Positions 26,096 to 36,856 of a DNA stretch of 64,000 nucleotides are shown in pieces (position 1 is the stretch's first letter; each line of letters begins with the position of its first letter). The notes below the pieces were generated by a model, which ran no database searches, had not been told where the DNA came from, and worked only from the letters and a program-made list of their open reading frames with translations. The position numbers and the translations under genes were made by a program. The stretch covers positions 136,288-200,287 of the forward strand of contig NMRA01000621.1 in NCBI GenBank assembly GCA_002633005.1, written 5' to 3'. This DNA comes from Phoronis australis (lineage: Eukaryota > Animalia > Phoronida).

Positions 26096-26862
26096 CTACA
26101 AAGGACAAAAGGTGAATACACACACCTGTGTCATATTAATTCCTTGGCCAATCAAATGTGTCCAGCCAAACAAGATCAACTTCTATGTTCAGATGTGTGT
26201 ATTACAGTATTAAGGTGTACAAGGACAATAATCGGGTATACCGTGCCCGTATTTTGATGCCTGTTATTCACTGGAGAAAACTGGTTCTCAAAATTCGAGC
26301 ACATTATATCCGACCATTACCGTGTTCAAGAGCACGTTTAGTTGAGATGACTTTGGCAAATGGAAGACACCCACGGCACTTTATTAACAACATAAAAATT
26401 GCATTTCGTTGGTAAACAGTTCCCGATTTCAATCATTCTCAAGTTCAAAATTATAGTTAGAGTAAAAATAATTCAGTTTGGGACACAATACGGCGAAGGG
26501 TGAAATTTAACTTTGTCCAATATCTCAACAAAAACATTTGTTCAGAATAATTTTCTTGGCTTTTAGCATTGTTTGCATGGCGTAGCTATGACCAAACAAC
26601 AATTTTGAGCATTTGCAAACATTTGTTAATCCTCTGAACAATAGAAATATGGCAATTTTAGTAATTATTTTTGTTCCAAATTGAAGAATTTTTAGCGTAC
26701 ATGAGACATTTTGAGAAATTGCCAGCATTCACAACAAGGTTAGGAGCCTCTGATAAATGAAAAAACAGCAACTTCCACAATTACTTGTGTGACCGTCCCT
26801 AGTTGGTTACATTTTACCATTATAGTCAAAATGTCTGTTGAGATCATGACGAGCTTACTTAC

Positions 26863-26957
26863 TTGGGAGACTAGCTTTCCTCTTCCCCTTGCCTGGAGAT
26901 TTGCTTTTACTAAATATCGACTTCCATCCACCGCCGGGCGACTTCTTGCCTTTTTTG
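26863..26957 (-). CDS. RhoGAP family internal exon (KKGKKSPGGGWKSIFSKSKSPGKGKRKASLP)
   Basis: Acceptor gtcatgcag|C and donor CCA A|GTAAGT, in frame with the next exon. KKSPGGGWKSIF matches the post-GAP motif KKSPVGSWRSFF / WRSIF of ARHGAP30-33 (recalled, not searched). This frame differs from the ORF-track frame. Confidence 0.8.
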
Positions 26958-27170
26958 CTGCATGACACAGATATGCTGCATGACACAGATATGGATCAAC
27001 ATAGGCCAAGTGGCCATTATTCACACTCAAACACACACACAAGCAACATTCACAAAGTGGCCAAAAACTGAAACGAAAACCTTAAGAAAAGGAATGTCAC
27101 GAGTGGACAATAAGCCAAAATTAATTAGCGCTTCATGCATTGTGCCGTGTAGATGTCCATCTGTTATATA

Positions 27171-27469
27171 TACTGCTAATACTGCTAATACTGCTAATAC
27201 TGCTAATACTGCTAATACTGCTAGCAATACTGTGCACTGCAACTTACTGACAGCAAAGTTAGGTACTGCTATTGATGCTAGTAAAGATAGATACTGTAAT
27301 GAACAACTACTCCTGCCATATAATGTTAGTTATGCTATATAGTGCTAGTAATGCTGTATACTGCAATGGACAACTAGTACTGCCATATAATGCAAGTAAT
27401 GCTATATAATGCTAGTACTGCCATATAATGCAAGTAATGCTATATAATGCTAGTACTGCCATATAATGC
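27171..27469. repeat. (TACTGCTAA)n and a related 38-bp satellite running into an assembly gap
   Basis: Directly visible. The repeat continues up to the Ns at 27470. Confidence 0.88.
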
Positions 27470-28379
27470 NNNNNNNNNNNNNNNNNNNNNNNNNNNNNNN
27501 NNNNNNNNNNNNNNNNNNNNNNNNNNNNNNNNNNNNNNNNNNNNNNNNNNNNNNNNNNNNNNNNNNNNNNNNNNNNNNNNNNNNNNNNNNNNNNNNNNNN
27601 NNNNNNNNNNNNNNNNNNNNNNNNNNNNNNNNNNNNNNNNNNNNNNNNNNNNNNNNNNNNNNNNNNNNNNNNNNNNNNNNNNNNNNNNNNNNNNNNNNNN
27701 NNNNNNNNNNNNNNNNNNNNNNNNNNNNNNNNNNNNNNNNNNNNNNNNNNNNNNNNNNNNNNNNNNNNNNNNNNNNNNNNNNNNNNNNNNNNNNNNNNNN
27801 NNNNNNNNNNNNNNNNNNNNNNNNNNNNNNNNNNNNNNNNNNNNNNNNNNNNNNNNNNNNNNNNNNNNNNNNNNNNNNNNNNNNNNNNNNNNNNNNNNNN
27901 NNNNNNNNNNNNNNNNNNNNNNNNNNNNNNNNNNNNNNNNNNNNNNNNNNNNNNNNNNNNNNNNNNNNNNNNNNNNNNNNNNNNNNNNNNNNNNNNNNNN
28001 NNNNNNNNNNNNNNNNNNNNNNNNNNNNNNNNNNNNNNNNNNNNNNNNNNNNNNNNNNNNNNNNNNNNNNNNNNNNNNNNNNNNNNNNNNNNNNNNNNNN
28101 NNNNNNNNNNNNNNNNNNNNNNNNNNNNNNNNNNNNNNNNNNNNNNNNNNNNNNNNNNNNNNNNNNNNNNNNNNNNNNNNNNNNNNNNNNNNNNNNNNNN
28201 NNNNNNNNNNNNNNNNNNNNNNNNNNNNNNNNNNNNNNNNNNNNNNNNNNNNNNNNNNNNNNNNNNNNNNNNNNNNNNNNNNNNNNNNNNNNNNNNNNNN
28301 NNNNNNNNNNNNNNNNNNNNNNNNNNNNNNNNNNNNNNNNNNNNNNNNNNNNNNNNNNNNNNNNNNNNNNNNNNNNNNN
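27470..28379. other. Assembly gap (others at 781-782, 12675-12688, 34258, 37307-38021, 46219-46628, 61831)
   Basis: Runs of N. Confidence 0.99.
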
Positions 28380-30933
28380 ACAAGCTGTAAAACGACGTTG
28401 TTTAATTTCATTGTGCTCATTCATTGTCATCCGTCAAATCGGCAATTTCCGAGATGTGATCTGCGGCGTGCGCGTATGTGTACAAAACACGTGATTGTTA
28501 TGTTCCTGAAGTACGAAAATTAAGAAACTTTAGCATGCCATTATTATTGACAGGGACACGATAAAACGAATTTGGATTTTGACTATAGTCTTGATACAGC
28601 GAGCTGGCTGACCACTGCGTCAGTGTCTCCGTTAAACCCAGAAATTTCACACAGCCCGGGTAGTTCACTTCGTCCCCAACATGTAGATCGAGCCTTGGAC
28701 TATTAATACTCCACGGTAGAGCTAACGAAAGTCGGCCTGTGCACACAAAATCTGTGAGTTAACCAGCATTCACCTTGCACGTTGCAGCCGTTTAAATGAA
28801 AAACAATCTAGTAATCGCCATTTTGCTGCATGATCCTCCGCCTTTTGTAACAAAAAAGTCTCGTCGATGACCCACACACGCACGCTCCGGCACTCACTCT
28901 CATACGCAGACGAACTTCAAAACAAACGTCACGTGACAACAACATGTGTGTTCATCCAGAGATTTTTCTCGTGTTGTGGGGTACGATGTAGCGCAGATTT
29001 GCACTTAATCGCAATTAATCTGGACTCCACATGAACTTTAAAAATTGTAGAACATAAGGAAGATTTCAGGTAATTTCTTGAGTTAAAACTATATTTTTAT
29101 TCAAGAGTTCAAGTTTTCCTATTGACGATGGCGATTCAGTGACGCATCAGTCGGCAAGTTTTCGCACTGTGATGAGCAAAATTTTTTGAAAAGTTATCGT
29201 AATTTAACCACGGAAGTTGATAGTAATGCACCACAATTTTGTAGAAAGACTGTCATATGCTAAAAATACGTCACAGAGCGTTAATTTTATGAATCCTAGC
29301 TTCCGATTTTACCCGTTTGGGAAACCGGCTTTCAACTGCCGTAGGCTACAATAAGTATCTCCTCCCCGTGAAATGAATTTTCTAAGCGTTTATTAGAGCC
29401 AATACAGTATACAGCTTTCCACCAAGGCTAGGTGATGCTACGCCATTATTCTTTGTTGCATTAGTAATTGGTTTTGGCTAATTATCATTTGATGGCCTGG
29501 TCATCCATTCAGCCAAAAGTAGTTCTAGAGGTGGCTTATCAGCCAATTATTCACGCATGCTGACTCACAATAGAAGCCTGATAAGAGTGAAGGTGGATAA
29601 ATGCGGTGTTCCTACAGTTTCTTGTGCTAGTGTATGTGTTCACATGTCCACCGGTTTATATGCGACGTAGCTCCAGTGGGGCACACTAGTAATTAGGGGC
29701 TACCATCTGCCTCGGTAACACGTAGCCCCTCGGTTGGCGGTTACGGGCTGCAATAGCTGCAATACTAATTCCCATGACGAATTTCGTCCCATATATTTTA
29801 AACGGACGGTAGGCCAAATCCGGCCACTGATTTGGAGTTTTCACCTGGTCAAAAATACATTCAAACTTAAATCTATCATTTAAAAAAGAGCTTACTTTCT
29901 TCAGTGGTCCTTTTTACTTTTACACATATCTTCGATGAAGCTTAGTTACGAGAATTAAGGTGACCTTGGCGAAGAATTCCAACTCCACTTTTTGGTCACC
30001 GTTAACTTTTTCACCACGCACGCGATGACAAAGTAGGCAGGCTATAGCGCGAGACTGGCGCTGGCGCGTGACGCAAAAATGCGTCGAAGATATCAGGTTA
30101 AATTTGTAAGATTTGTGTCCCTTGGACTTCTTATTCGCCAACATGAGTGATTTCACATAACTTCCTCAAAATGGCACCCCAAGCAAAATGTCAAGCAAAC
30201 CGCGACAGATTTTCACCGATTTCTTCAAATTATCTTGACTGTATCTTCTGCAGACTGATGGTAGGTGCTAATTATAACTCCATGTGCAAATATGCATATT
30301 TCATTTAATTTTATTTCGTGTATTTTGAAATTTGTAACTTTTTTATGGGATGTACTCACCACCCCTGTATGCCTGCGGCATCCAGGGTGATGCCTACCGG
30401 CTTCCTAATATTGAATACAAATTATGACCCTGGAATCATGAGCTTCAAGTTGAACCAAAAGCTTTTTTTCTTGCAAAACAGCCCAGCTGTTACCAAACAA
30501 GACATGCAGTTGAGACAAGTATGTATCTTGTGTAGCTCTGAGTTAGGAGACTTCGAATGTAACCAGAAATAAATCCAGCTAGAAGTGTAACGTGGCCATG
30601 TTTTTGTTGTGGTTGAACTTGGAATCTTACTGAATTTCAAAACTTGTTACCTCATCCGCGGACAATGTACGTTCACAAGGTACATGCAGACAAAATTCCC
30701 TTGACCTACATCATAGGCCGGTATGCGATTTTCAGTAAATAGGTCCATTAGAGGAAAACGTTTTCCGTGTTTGTGCCACCATGATGCCAAAGGGAAGGGG
30801 TTGGAGTTTACTTAGAATATTGGTTGATTACCCTCATAGTGGAGGGGCTGAGCAATAGGGTATAGGCATGGCAACCATTTGATGGTTGGAGGATGGGGAA
30901 CCAATCCATTCACTTTTCAATTTTATTTCAATC

Positions 30934-30973
30934 ACTAGCCGTTACCCGTGAGAAAGCACGGGTAGCAGCTAGT
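30934..30973 (+). mobile_element. Helitron-like 3' terminus
   Basis: Hairpin TACCCGTG-agaaag-CACGGGTA followed 4 nt later by CTAG|T. Confidence 0.55.
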
Positions 30974-31276
30974 GGGAAACGCGAGGGGAAATAGCTACTC
31001 CTAACAGTGAACCAATCGAGTGTTCATCGCACTGAGAGACAGGAATACTTCTTGAAGAGACCGTGTTCAAAGCTTAATGTAAAAGCAAAATTTCTGTCAC
31101 CTGTCAGATTTTAGTGGGTGTGCGGCTGTGGAATTCTTTCCCTAGGCAGTAGAAATTTCTTTCCAGACATTTAACCCTGCCGTAACACTAAGTACGGAAA
31201 TCAGATATTCTTCAGTTTAAAGTGAAAACTAAGAATCCGTTTAACATATTGTATAGTACACAAAGATTATAGATGT

Positions 31277-31428
31277 CAGTGGCGGATTTACAAGGGGGCC
31301 ATTCCCCCCCATAAAATTCTCCAAGCGTCCATTTGGCAGTTCGGGGGTGCGAATGTCTGAAGGGCAAAATTCTGGCTAATACTCTATTAGTGCCGTCCCC
31401 CCAACTCAAAATCCTGGATCCACCCCAG
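31277..31428. mobile_element. Short MITE, same family as 482-827
   Basis: Shares CAGTGGCGGATTTA, ccatttggcagt and ccccccaactcaaaatcctgg with 482-827. Flanked by GATGT direct repeats. Confidence 0.75.
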
Positions 31429-33208
31429 GATGTATTTACAAAAGTTGCATCGTAAATGTACATAGCCTACTGAGGTTGAAAGCCCCTGAGCTAGCTGTAT
31501 GAAAACTGTTGTCAACATACAGCTAGGTAGTCGTGTGTAGAGCTCCGATAAACACCGAAATTTCACACAATCCAGGTGCTTAGCTCGTCACCTCGTCGTG
31601 AAACTTAGAGCTAACAACCTGCAGGGGTGCATGCAGAATCTGGGAATGAATGGACATTCACAGTGCCCAATACGGCCATTAATAGAAGTAAACGAAATCT
31701 AATAAACGTTATTTTTCGTAATTCTCCGCCTTTTTAACAAAGGAAAATCCTGCCGTCGATTTGAAAACGGTGCAATCTCGTGACACGCGCATGTACGCGC
31801 CATTTCCCAAAACTTTGCGATATCTCTCGAGAGTATTTTCTGAATTTTTTTGGTATTGATATAGTAAAAACTTGTAACGAAATGAAACCACTTCCGATTG
31901 TTATGACATGTACGCAACCTACACAGTTGATTGAAGAACAAGGAAATTGGCCCGATAAGTAACGCAATAGCGCCCAAAGAGCGCATAGCAATTTTAGCAG
32001 CAGAATAACTGAAGAACGCCAATTTTCCAACACCCCGGTAAATAATTTAGTTTACTCAAGGAAGAGTAAAAAAATTTAATGAGGCATCATTAATTTTGGC
32101 GGCGACAGGCTCGACACGACAGAAGCCAGGGGGAGTAAAATAAAGCCAACGAAGTGACGTCACCCAGGCCTTTGAGCCGACCGACTGACGTCACCAAGGC
32201 CAATACGAAACTGGCCACCCTCCCTCCGCGTCTGCGAAAAAATGGCCCGCGAGAAAAAATAGAACACCTCGAATCCAAATAGTGGGCCGGTGCAATACCT
32301 GGGACCAAGACGGTGCCGAAACGGGCGCAACGAAGCTCTATAGTGGAGCGGGGGAGACGGAGTTTGTGCAAACGATGCATTTTATATAATAGATAGTTCA
32401 CATGTAAAAACTTAATAATGAATCATTGCTTAATCGACATTTATTGACAGCCGTAATATTATGAAATGAAGCAAAACATTGGCTTACATGTAAGTACATG
32501 TATGAAATTGGCACAATAAATAAAATGCATAAATTCCATTGTTCTTTCCAGTAAGAACAAATGTTAAAGGAAAGGGGAATGCTCAAAATTGCGAAAGGCC
32601 ATAGGGTGTATAACTAAACAATCATTTGTCTTTCAAACAAGATATTTTGTACAACAATGAGACAACTATCAACAAGCTGATCGATAAGTGATTTTTTTGC
32701 AAAATTTAATACATGTTTTGCCCCCTTTGTGGCAATATTTTATCATCACAGGCAGTGCACTGACTGGAAAAGCACACTGAGCCCTCAAAATACCTAACAC
32801 TTGAAGTTGATAGAATCTACAAACTTACGTTTGAGGTTTTTATTAAAGCTCGTGGTCCATTGTGTGGTGATGGAAAGTCTTAATTGACTTGAAGACATTG
32901 GCTATGATTTTCATGCCCATTCATCTTCTGTCATGTGATTGGAGGGGCCCAGCCCGAAGGCGACTGAAGAACAAAGATGTTTGTATTATGATAGGGAGCC
33001 TTACCAGTCAAAAAGCGGGCCAATTATGCAATTTTACAGGAAACCACAAGAAGATGTATGAACATTGGGACCTCCTGTAATAGTCAGGGGCCGTGACCAA
33101 AGGTAGTCAAACAGTGGTGCCTCCAAACTAATGTTCGGTATCCTAATAATGTAATGCACTTTGCTCTTCGACAGCTTATAGACTCTGTGGCCCCCTTCAA
33201 GTGGGCTG

Positions 33209-33637
33209 CCTATATTAAAATTGACGGCCTCGCTCGTCGGGCGAGGTCACTCATATTAATATAGGAAGCCTTACCAGAAGACGGCCGGAGAGCGTGGTCC
33301 ATAGGGGGCCCCGGTCTCCAGCTGCCTTCCGGTGAGGGCCCTTATATTAATATAGGGGCCTTGCTTTTCGATCGCCTTTCAGCGAGGCCTCCTATAATAA
33401 TACAGGCGGCCTCTTTGGAAGGCGGCCGGAGAGCGGGGCCTCTATATTATTATACATGTAGGAGGCCTCGCCAAAAGGCGGCCGGAGAGCAGGGCCTTCC
33501 ATATTAATATAGTTTGCCCCGCTATCCGGCCGCCGTTCGGCGAGGCCTTCTATATTAATATAGAGAGCCCCGCTCTTCGACCCCCTTTCGCCGAGGCCCG
33601 CCTATATTAATATAGAGGGCCACGCTTTTGAGGCCTG
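33209..33637. repeat. About 50-bp unit array: palindromic CTATATTAATATAG hinges separated by a GC-rich segment in either orientation
   Basis: About 8 TATATTAATATA-like cores. Intervening segments are aggcctcgcc..aaggcggccggagagcggggcc or its reverse complement. Confidence 0.85.
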
Positions 33638-34258
33638 AAATTCAATTTTTTGCCTATGTCATTTTAATAAGAATAAGTCATTTTAAGTAATGAGCTGTTC
33701 AATGTTCCGGGTGGCTAAAAACAGGAAACATCTCTTGTATGACCAGTTGGCTGTACCCAAAGTCACCAGATTAAAGTGTGGCAAGTCATGGTTGGTAGCA
33801 GCGGAAACCACAGTAGAAAGAGTGTGTAAGCTGGATCTAAATCGCAGAGGAGAAGAGTATATGAAGGTGGATGTCAAAACAGCTAGCAGATTCACCAGGT
33901 TTGTCATTACTATTGTATGGACCGAGAGTGTCGTGACAGGGCGGCTTGTGCAGTTAAGTACTAGTCCACGAGAGCACCAACCAGGAGCGGCAAGGTGGGG
34001 GTCAGCCGATTTTCACCAAATTTGGCACATATGTAGTCCTATGGGATCTATAAACAGCGGTAAAATATTTCCTCAAAATATTGCGTTTTTCTAAAGTTAT
34101 AGGTTCAAACACATTTTACGGCTTCGCAGCCATGTTTTCACGGTATAAAAACTGTCCAGTTTTAACTGTTCATATTTTTCCGTGAATGAAAGCTATTGAT
34201 TTCTTAGTCACTTGGCATTGTTTAGTGGAGCCTGTAGATTGTTACACAGATGTCTTTN

Positions 34259-34884
34259 AGTGAAGGAGATGCTGCAGTGTACATTGATGGATCGGTTAAA
34301 AGAGGAGAAAGATCTGGATGGGGCTATGTAGTCAATGTGGATGGCAAAATAGTAGCGGAAAATGGTGAGGCATATGAGCTCACGACATCTAGTATGAAGA
34401 TGGAGGAGGTTGCTGCTGAAAAGGCACTTGCATGGCCACAGGAAAGCACGCATACCTGCGCAGAGCATGCTGATAAAAATCGAAAAGGGATGTCTCAAAC
34501 CCGAGTGGTTGCTGCATTTAGAAAACAGTGGACTGAGAAAGCTCACTTGGGCATGTCGGGGCCGCCGGAAATGAGAAAGCTGGCAAGTTAGCGGGAAATG
34601 CACCGATACAGGGCGCCCTCAGATTGGGAGAGAGGGAGATACTTGGATCGCTTAGAGAGGTGGAGCCACGGGAGAATGGAGATGCAATTGACAGAATTCA
34701 GCTGTTTCGATATGAGAGAGACAGTGGTGCTGATAGTCGAGCAAGACGAATGTGCAATCAGCAGTTGGTTGGAGCGGTTAGACAAAGGACCTTGTCTGAC
34801 TTGATGACGTGGAAAGCCGAGCATCTATGGGTCTGCCCCGAGTGTGACGACGCTGGTTCCGCACCCAAGTAATACCCAAGTAAT
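34259..34884 (+). mobile_element. Degenerate 3' fragment of an RNase H-bearing non-LTR retrotransposon (I/Ingi-like)
   Basis: VYIDGSVKRGERSGWGY...TSSMKMEEVA matches the RNase H N-terminal DGS and downstream E motifs. Frameshifted downstream. Ends in CPEC and a short (cccaagtaat)x2 tail. Confidence 0.7.
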
Positions 34885-35677
34885 TTGGGGAGTACGACAA
34901 CAAGCCGGTTTTAAGCCGGGTTCCGAGTGTACTATCGCCCCAGTATGCCTGTGGTATTCAGGCCTAGACCGAGTCAAGTTCCAATTTCAGTCCGTTCACA
35001 GCTTCGCGCAACATACCCGGTTCACATTTTCTTCGTCTATTCACAGTTATTCCACGATCCATCTACCATTCCTTAAATTGTGTTAACCTTTTAAGCGTAA
35101 AATTCACAATAAGAACTCCACTAAGATTTCGCGTGAGTAGCAAAGACTCGAGGCAAAACAAGAACAATAGCGCGGGTTTTGTCCTCCTTTCGGTGACTTC
35201 ACATTGACTAACTGGAAACTCGCAAGGGAGCTATTACACATTGGGTATCGTAAATGTGTGTGTTATCACTTGTAACTAAGGTACCCATCTGGTTCCTTCT
35301 GTGAAATAATTATTTGTAGTGGTGATCCTGAAATTCCCAATGTTCCCATGTTCGCGAATGGACCAGGCAGAGGTCGATAAACGCTATGCCACAGATTCTC
35401 TTTATATTTTCTCTGCATTACATCAGTCCCTTCTCTTGATATCTTTGTCAGCAAGCTATCTGCCTTTCTGAAATAACATTGTGAGGTGCCAAAATTTGGG
35501 TAACCCGCTTGCCGACTGACTTATCTGTTAACAATCTAGCTATAGTAACCGACCTCTGAAGTGACGTCCACTATATATATTTCTAATTTTAAACCTGTTA
35601 TAGTTTTTCTCGTTTTTGTTAATCTTCATTGTTATACAGTGGCATAATGCTTTGGAGAGAGTGTGGTCACTTAAACC

Positions 35678-35706
35678 AAGAAGAAGAAGAAGAAGAAGAA
35701 GAAGAA
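35678..35706. repeat. (AAG)n microsatellite
   Basis: Directly visible. Confidence 0.9.
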
Positions 35707-36695
35707 GGCGTATTGTTACACACTGGGTTCCCGGAAAACGCGCAATTTTAATGAAACTGAAAAACAGTTCCCCTAAACAAATGACAACAAACTAAATATT
35801 AATAAAACAAGTTTTGAATCAAAATTATGCACTCTAGTGGTGTTGTAGTGTTCCAAGCAGGTATCGGTAGTGAAGGTAATTTCAACTCAGGTGGTTGTCA
35901 CAATCTTGCACTTCCTATAGGAAAATGCTCAGCACCAGAAGATTTTATTGTACCAATCAACATCACTAAGATAAAAACGTCTTGAGTAAAAGTATGGTGT
36001 TGATCAGTGCTGAGCCAGCTGAGATATACGAACTCAAAGTGTGGGGAAATTGCAATGCTTTGGTAACATCTGATCCCTCTATACCTTGTGCCTGGAATTT
36101 TGAACTTAGCGGCATAGTTAATGAGTATTGTTTAACATCTTTGTGAAGCCGGAGACTTGCTTTATTTAAAAATTACTAACAAGTGATTATCTTGTGTACC
36201 GGTATTCTTTATTATGCACTGCAAAAAAGTCCATTGCATGGTATATCCTCAAAATAGATCGAGGCTCCCTGATTTCTTCCCATTAAACAAGGTAAAATGA
36301 GATTGGAGTTTACTGTTTTGTTTATCACCCCAAGGCAACTGAAATGCATAGTACGGTTGATATACGTGACATTGGGTTTATCACGCCTCTGGGCATATTT
36401 GTCTGCTGTGAGCCATACTTCACTCTTAACATGTATATTATTCTTATGTTGTTTTATTTGTCCCCTATAATTTTCAATAGACCAAAGCTGAGATAGCCGG
36501 CAACAATGAGTTCTTTCTTATCTGTTTGATTAATAACGACACCCGTCAGATCATCTGAAAATAATCGCAGTTTTGTGTCTGTCTGGAGTTACGTAACTAT
36601 TTGTTGTGTAACTTGATATAATAGAGTAGCCCTAAGCATTCACACGCTTTAAAATTGTATGGAATGGCTCTTTAATAAACACACGGGTCATTCAT

Positions 36696-36856
36696 GGCGT
36701 GCGTTCAGTAGACGCTAGGACCTACGATAGGACCTACACTGTAGCTAAAAGCTAGTCAAAGTCACGTGTTCTCATTCAAAATGCACGGCAATATCTCACG
36801 TAATCTCGCGAAGTCTTGCCTTTTAGCGAGGTCCTAGCGTTACTGAACGGGAGGCT
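36696..36856. mobile_element. About 160-bp MITE with TIRs
   Basis: Ends GCGTTCAGTAGACGCTAGGACCT ... AGGTCCTAGCGTTACTGAACG. A second, partial copy lies at 6461-6586. Confidence 0.78.

Noticed and set aside
26740-27042. ORF-track frame MCVCLSV...KKARSRPAVDG
   Set aside because: A different frame of the same DNA gives the family motif and compatible splice phases.
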